From NCBI GenBank assembly GCA_002269645.1, contig NIVC01000971.1, positions 1 to 64,000 of the forward strand: a DNA stretch of 64,000 bases. The letters are read 5' to 3'. This document shows, one piece after another, positions 62,346 through 64,000 of the stretch. The notes under the pieces are model-generated. The model did not search any database, had not been told where the DNA came from, and saw only the letters and a list, made by a program, of their open reading frames with translations. Numbering within the stretch: the stretch's first letter is position 1; each line of letters opens with the position of its first letter. The position numbers were made by a program, and so were the translations under genes. Source of the DNA: Macrostomum lignano (Eukaryota).

Positions 62346-63671
62346 GTCCGCCTGTGGGAGGACGGCTGGCGGCACCGCTATTATAGCAGCAAATTCGGGG
62401 TGGCACCGCAGGATAGTCGCGATTTCCCGCTGCTAGTTGCCAGCCACTACGTCAGGGGCCTGTGCTGGGTGCTGCGCTACTATTACCAGGGCTGCGCCTC
62501 CTGGACCTGGTACTTCCCCTATCACTATTCCCCATTCGCTTCCGACTTCACCAACGTGGCTAGCGTCGATGTGGACTTTGACAAGACTCCAACTGAGCCC
62601 TTCAAGCCGCTGGAGCAGCTCATGGCTGTGTTCCCCGCTGCTAGCGGCTCCCACGTGCCGCCATCTTGGCGCGGACTAATGAGCGATCCCGACTCGCCTA
62701 TTATCGACTTTTATCCCATCGACTTCCGCGTCGATCTCAACGGTAAAAAATTTGCCTGGATGGGCGTCGCTCTGTTGCCATTTGTTGACGAGGCGCGCCT
62801 GTTGAAAACGCTGGAGTCAGTTTATCCCAGCCTCCTGCCAGACGAGGTCGAGCGCAACGTGCGCGGACCCGATCGACTGTTTGTTCGATCGACGCACCCA
62901 GCCGCCGCTCTCATCCAGCGCTTGTATGCTGCCGGCAAGAAGGCTCAGGTGGAAGACATTGAGACCAATGCCGATGCCAGCCTCACCAGCGGCGTTGGCG
63001 GCATCTACAAGCCGGATAAGCTGGCCTATCAGCCTGGCGATGATGTGCCTTCGCCAATTGCTCTGCCACAGTTCAAAACTCTGGCGCAATGCCAGGTGGC
63101 CTCCTGTCGCTATTCGGATCCCGTGTTCCCGCGCGGCCACGTGTTCCCAGCCCGTCCGCTGCCGGGCGCCCGGCCACCGCCGGCCACTCTTCGGCCGGAG
63201 GACCTGGAGCCCGGCCGGCAGTGGACGCCGAATCTTGGCCCGGGCCCCAACGGCGGTCACCGGCCGCGACAGTCGTTCGACTCTGCCGGGCCGATGCGCC
63301 GGATGGCATCGGCTGAGCTGGGCTCCGCTGAGCGATTCAACACCAGCCGGTATGGCGCTGTGCCTCCGCCTCAGCTGATGCAGCAGCAGCACAGAATGCA
63401 GCCTTCGGGTCGGTCTGTGCCGAATTTGCATCACCAGCACAATCAGTGGCCTGGCCAGTCGCCTTACCCGTCTCAGCAGCAGCAGCAGCACTATCAGCGG
63501 CAATTCCAGCAGCCACGGCATCAATTCTATCAGCAGCAGCAGCAGCAGTACCAGGGCCCGTATCCGCCGCAATACCAAACTGACTGGAGAAGTGGCAGAG
63601 GCGGCGGCAGAGGTGGTGGCTACAGCGGCGGCGGGGGCGGTCGGGAGTCGCGCCGCTACCAGCCTTACTAA
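62346..63671 (+). CDS. XRN2: XRN2 exon 4 (last)
   Basis: Reads VRLWEDGWRHRYY..YVRGLCWVLRYYYQGCASWTWYFPYHYSPFASD..DLNGKKFAWMGVALLPFVDE; TAA stop. Confidence 0.96.
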   Translation, partial: VRLWEDGWRHRYYSSKFGVAPQDSRDFPLLVASHYVRGLCWVLRYYYQGCASWTWYFPYHYSPFASDFTNVASVDVDFDKTPTEPFKPLEQLMAVFPAASGSHVPPSWRGLMSDPDSPIIDFYPIDFRVDLNGKKFAWMGVALLPFVDEARLLKTLESVYPSLLPDEVERNVRGPDRLFVRSTHPAAALIQRLYAAGKKAQVEDIETNADASLTSGVGGIYKPDKLAYQPGDDVPSPIALPQFKTLAQCQVASCRYSDPVFPRGHVFPARPLPGARPPPATLRPEDLEPGRQWTPNLGPGPNGGHRPRQSFDSAGPMRRMASAELGSAERFNTSRYGAVPPPQLMQQQHRMQPSGRSVPNLHHQHNQWPGQSPYPSQQQQQHYQRQFQQPRHQFYQQQQQQYQGPYPPQYQTDWRSGRGGGRGGGYSGGGGGRESRRYQPY

Positions 63672-63754
63672 CTGATTTCTGACTTTGCTTTTTTTGCTTT
63701 CAGGGTCCTGTATGTGCATATATTGGAGTGCATTTGCAGTGCCGCAACATACGT

Positions 63755-63912
63755 GCGCAACCTTGGGAATCACTCGGCCGTTTCTATTGGCAACACACGC
63801 ATGTAAGTCGCTATTGGCTGAGAGCAGTCACGTGACTACTATTCCGTCCAGTAGCAACTTACATGTGTGCGTTGCCAATAGAAACGGCCGGGTGAATCCC
63901 TAGGTTGCGCCC
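63755..63912. repeat. Inverted repeat / small MITE just downstream of the XRN2 stop
   Basis: Arms gcgcaacc..cggccgtttctattggcaacacacgcatgtaagt (63755-63810) and near reverse complement (63857-63912). Confidence 0.8.
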
Positions 63913-64000
63913 AAGCATGTGCCGCAACCAATGATGCATCAATATAATACAACTATGGGCTTTGGATATTGCGACTGACTGAGCGGTCAGAGAGTACACG

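Noticed and set aside
62817-63773. 318-aa minus-strand ORF
   Set aside because: It is an antisense shadow of GC-rich XRN2 exon 4; similar shadows occur at 30506-31042 and 12084-12621.

Overview
This window is animal genomic DNA: GT-AG introns, GC-rich exons in AT-rich, repeat-dense spacers. The gene and repeat content (UspA-domain gene, RTE LINEs, many minisatellites) fits a free-living flatworm such as Macrostomum, but that is inference only. Seven spliced genes were reconstructed by hand: a fibrillin-like gene (5' part, minus), an uncharacterised 2-exon gene, a METTL21-family methyltransferase, a coiled-coil gene, an Mx-like dynamin GTPase, a UspA-domain gene and a complete XRN2. Between them lie tRNA-derived SINEs, RTE, LOA-like and RNase H LINE fragments, mariner/hAT/MULE-type MITEs with readable TSDs, and about ten tandem arrays. 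The standout is a ~4.9 kb TIR transposon at 40.7-45.6 kb. Its decayed PIF/Harbinger-ISL2EU-type transposase (zinc finger-HTH-DDE-SWIM) runs into a compact USP/C19 deubiquitinase domain. Also notable: a LINE flanked by a 394-bp direct duplication, a 54-bp intronic array that supplies in-frame splice acceptors to the Mx gene, and single coding lesions in the fibrillin and METTL21 genes. All exon and motif calls come from manual translation; no database search was run.
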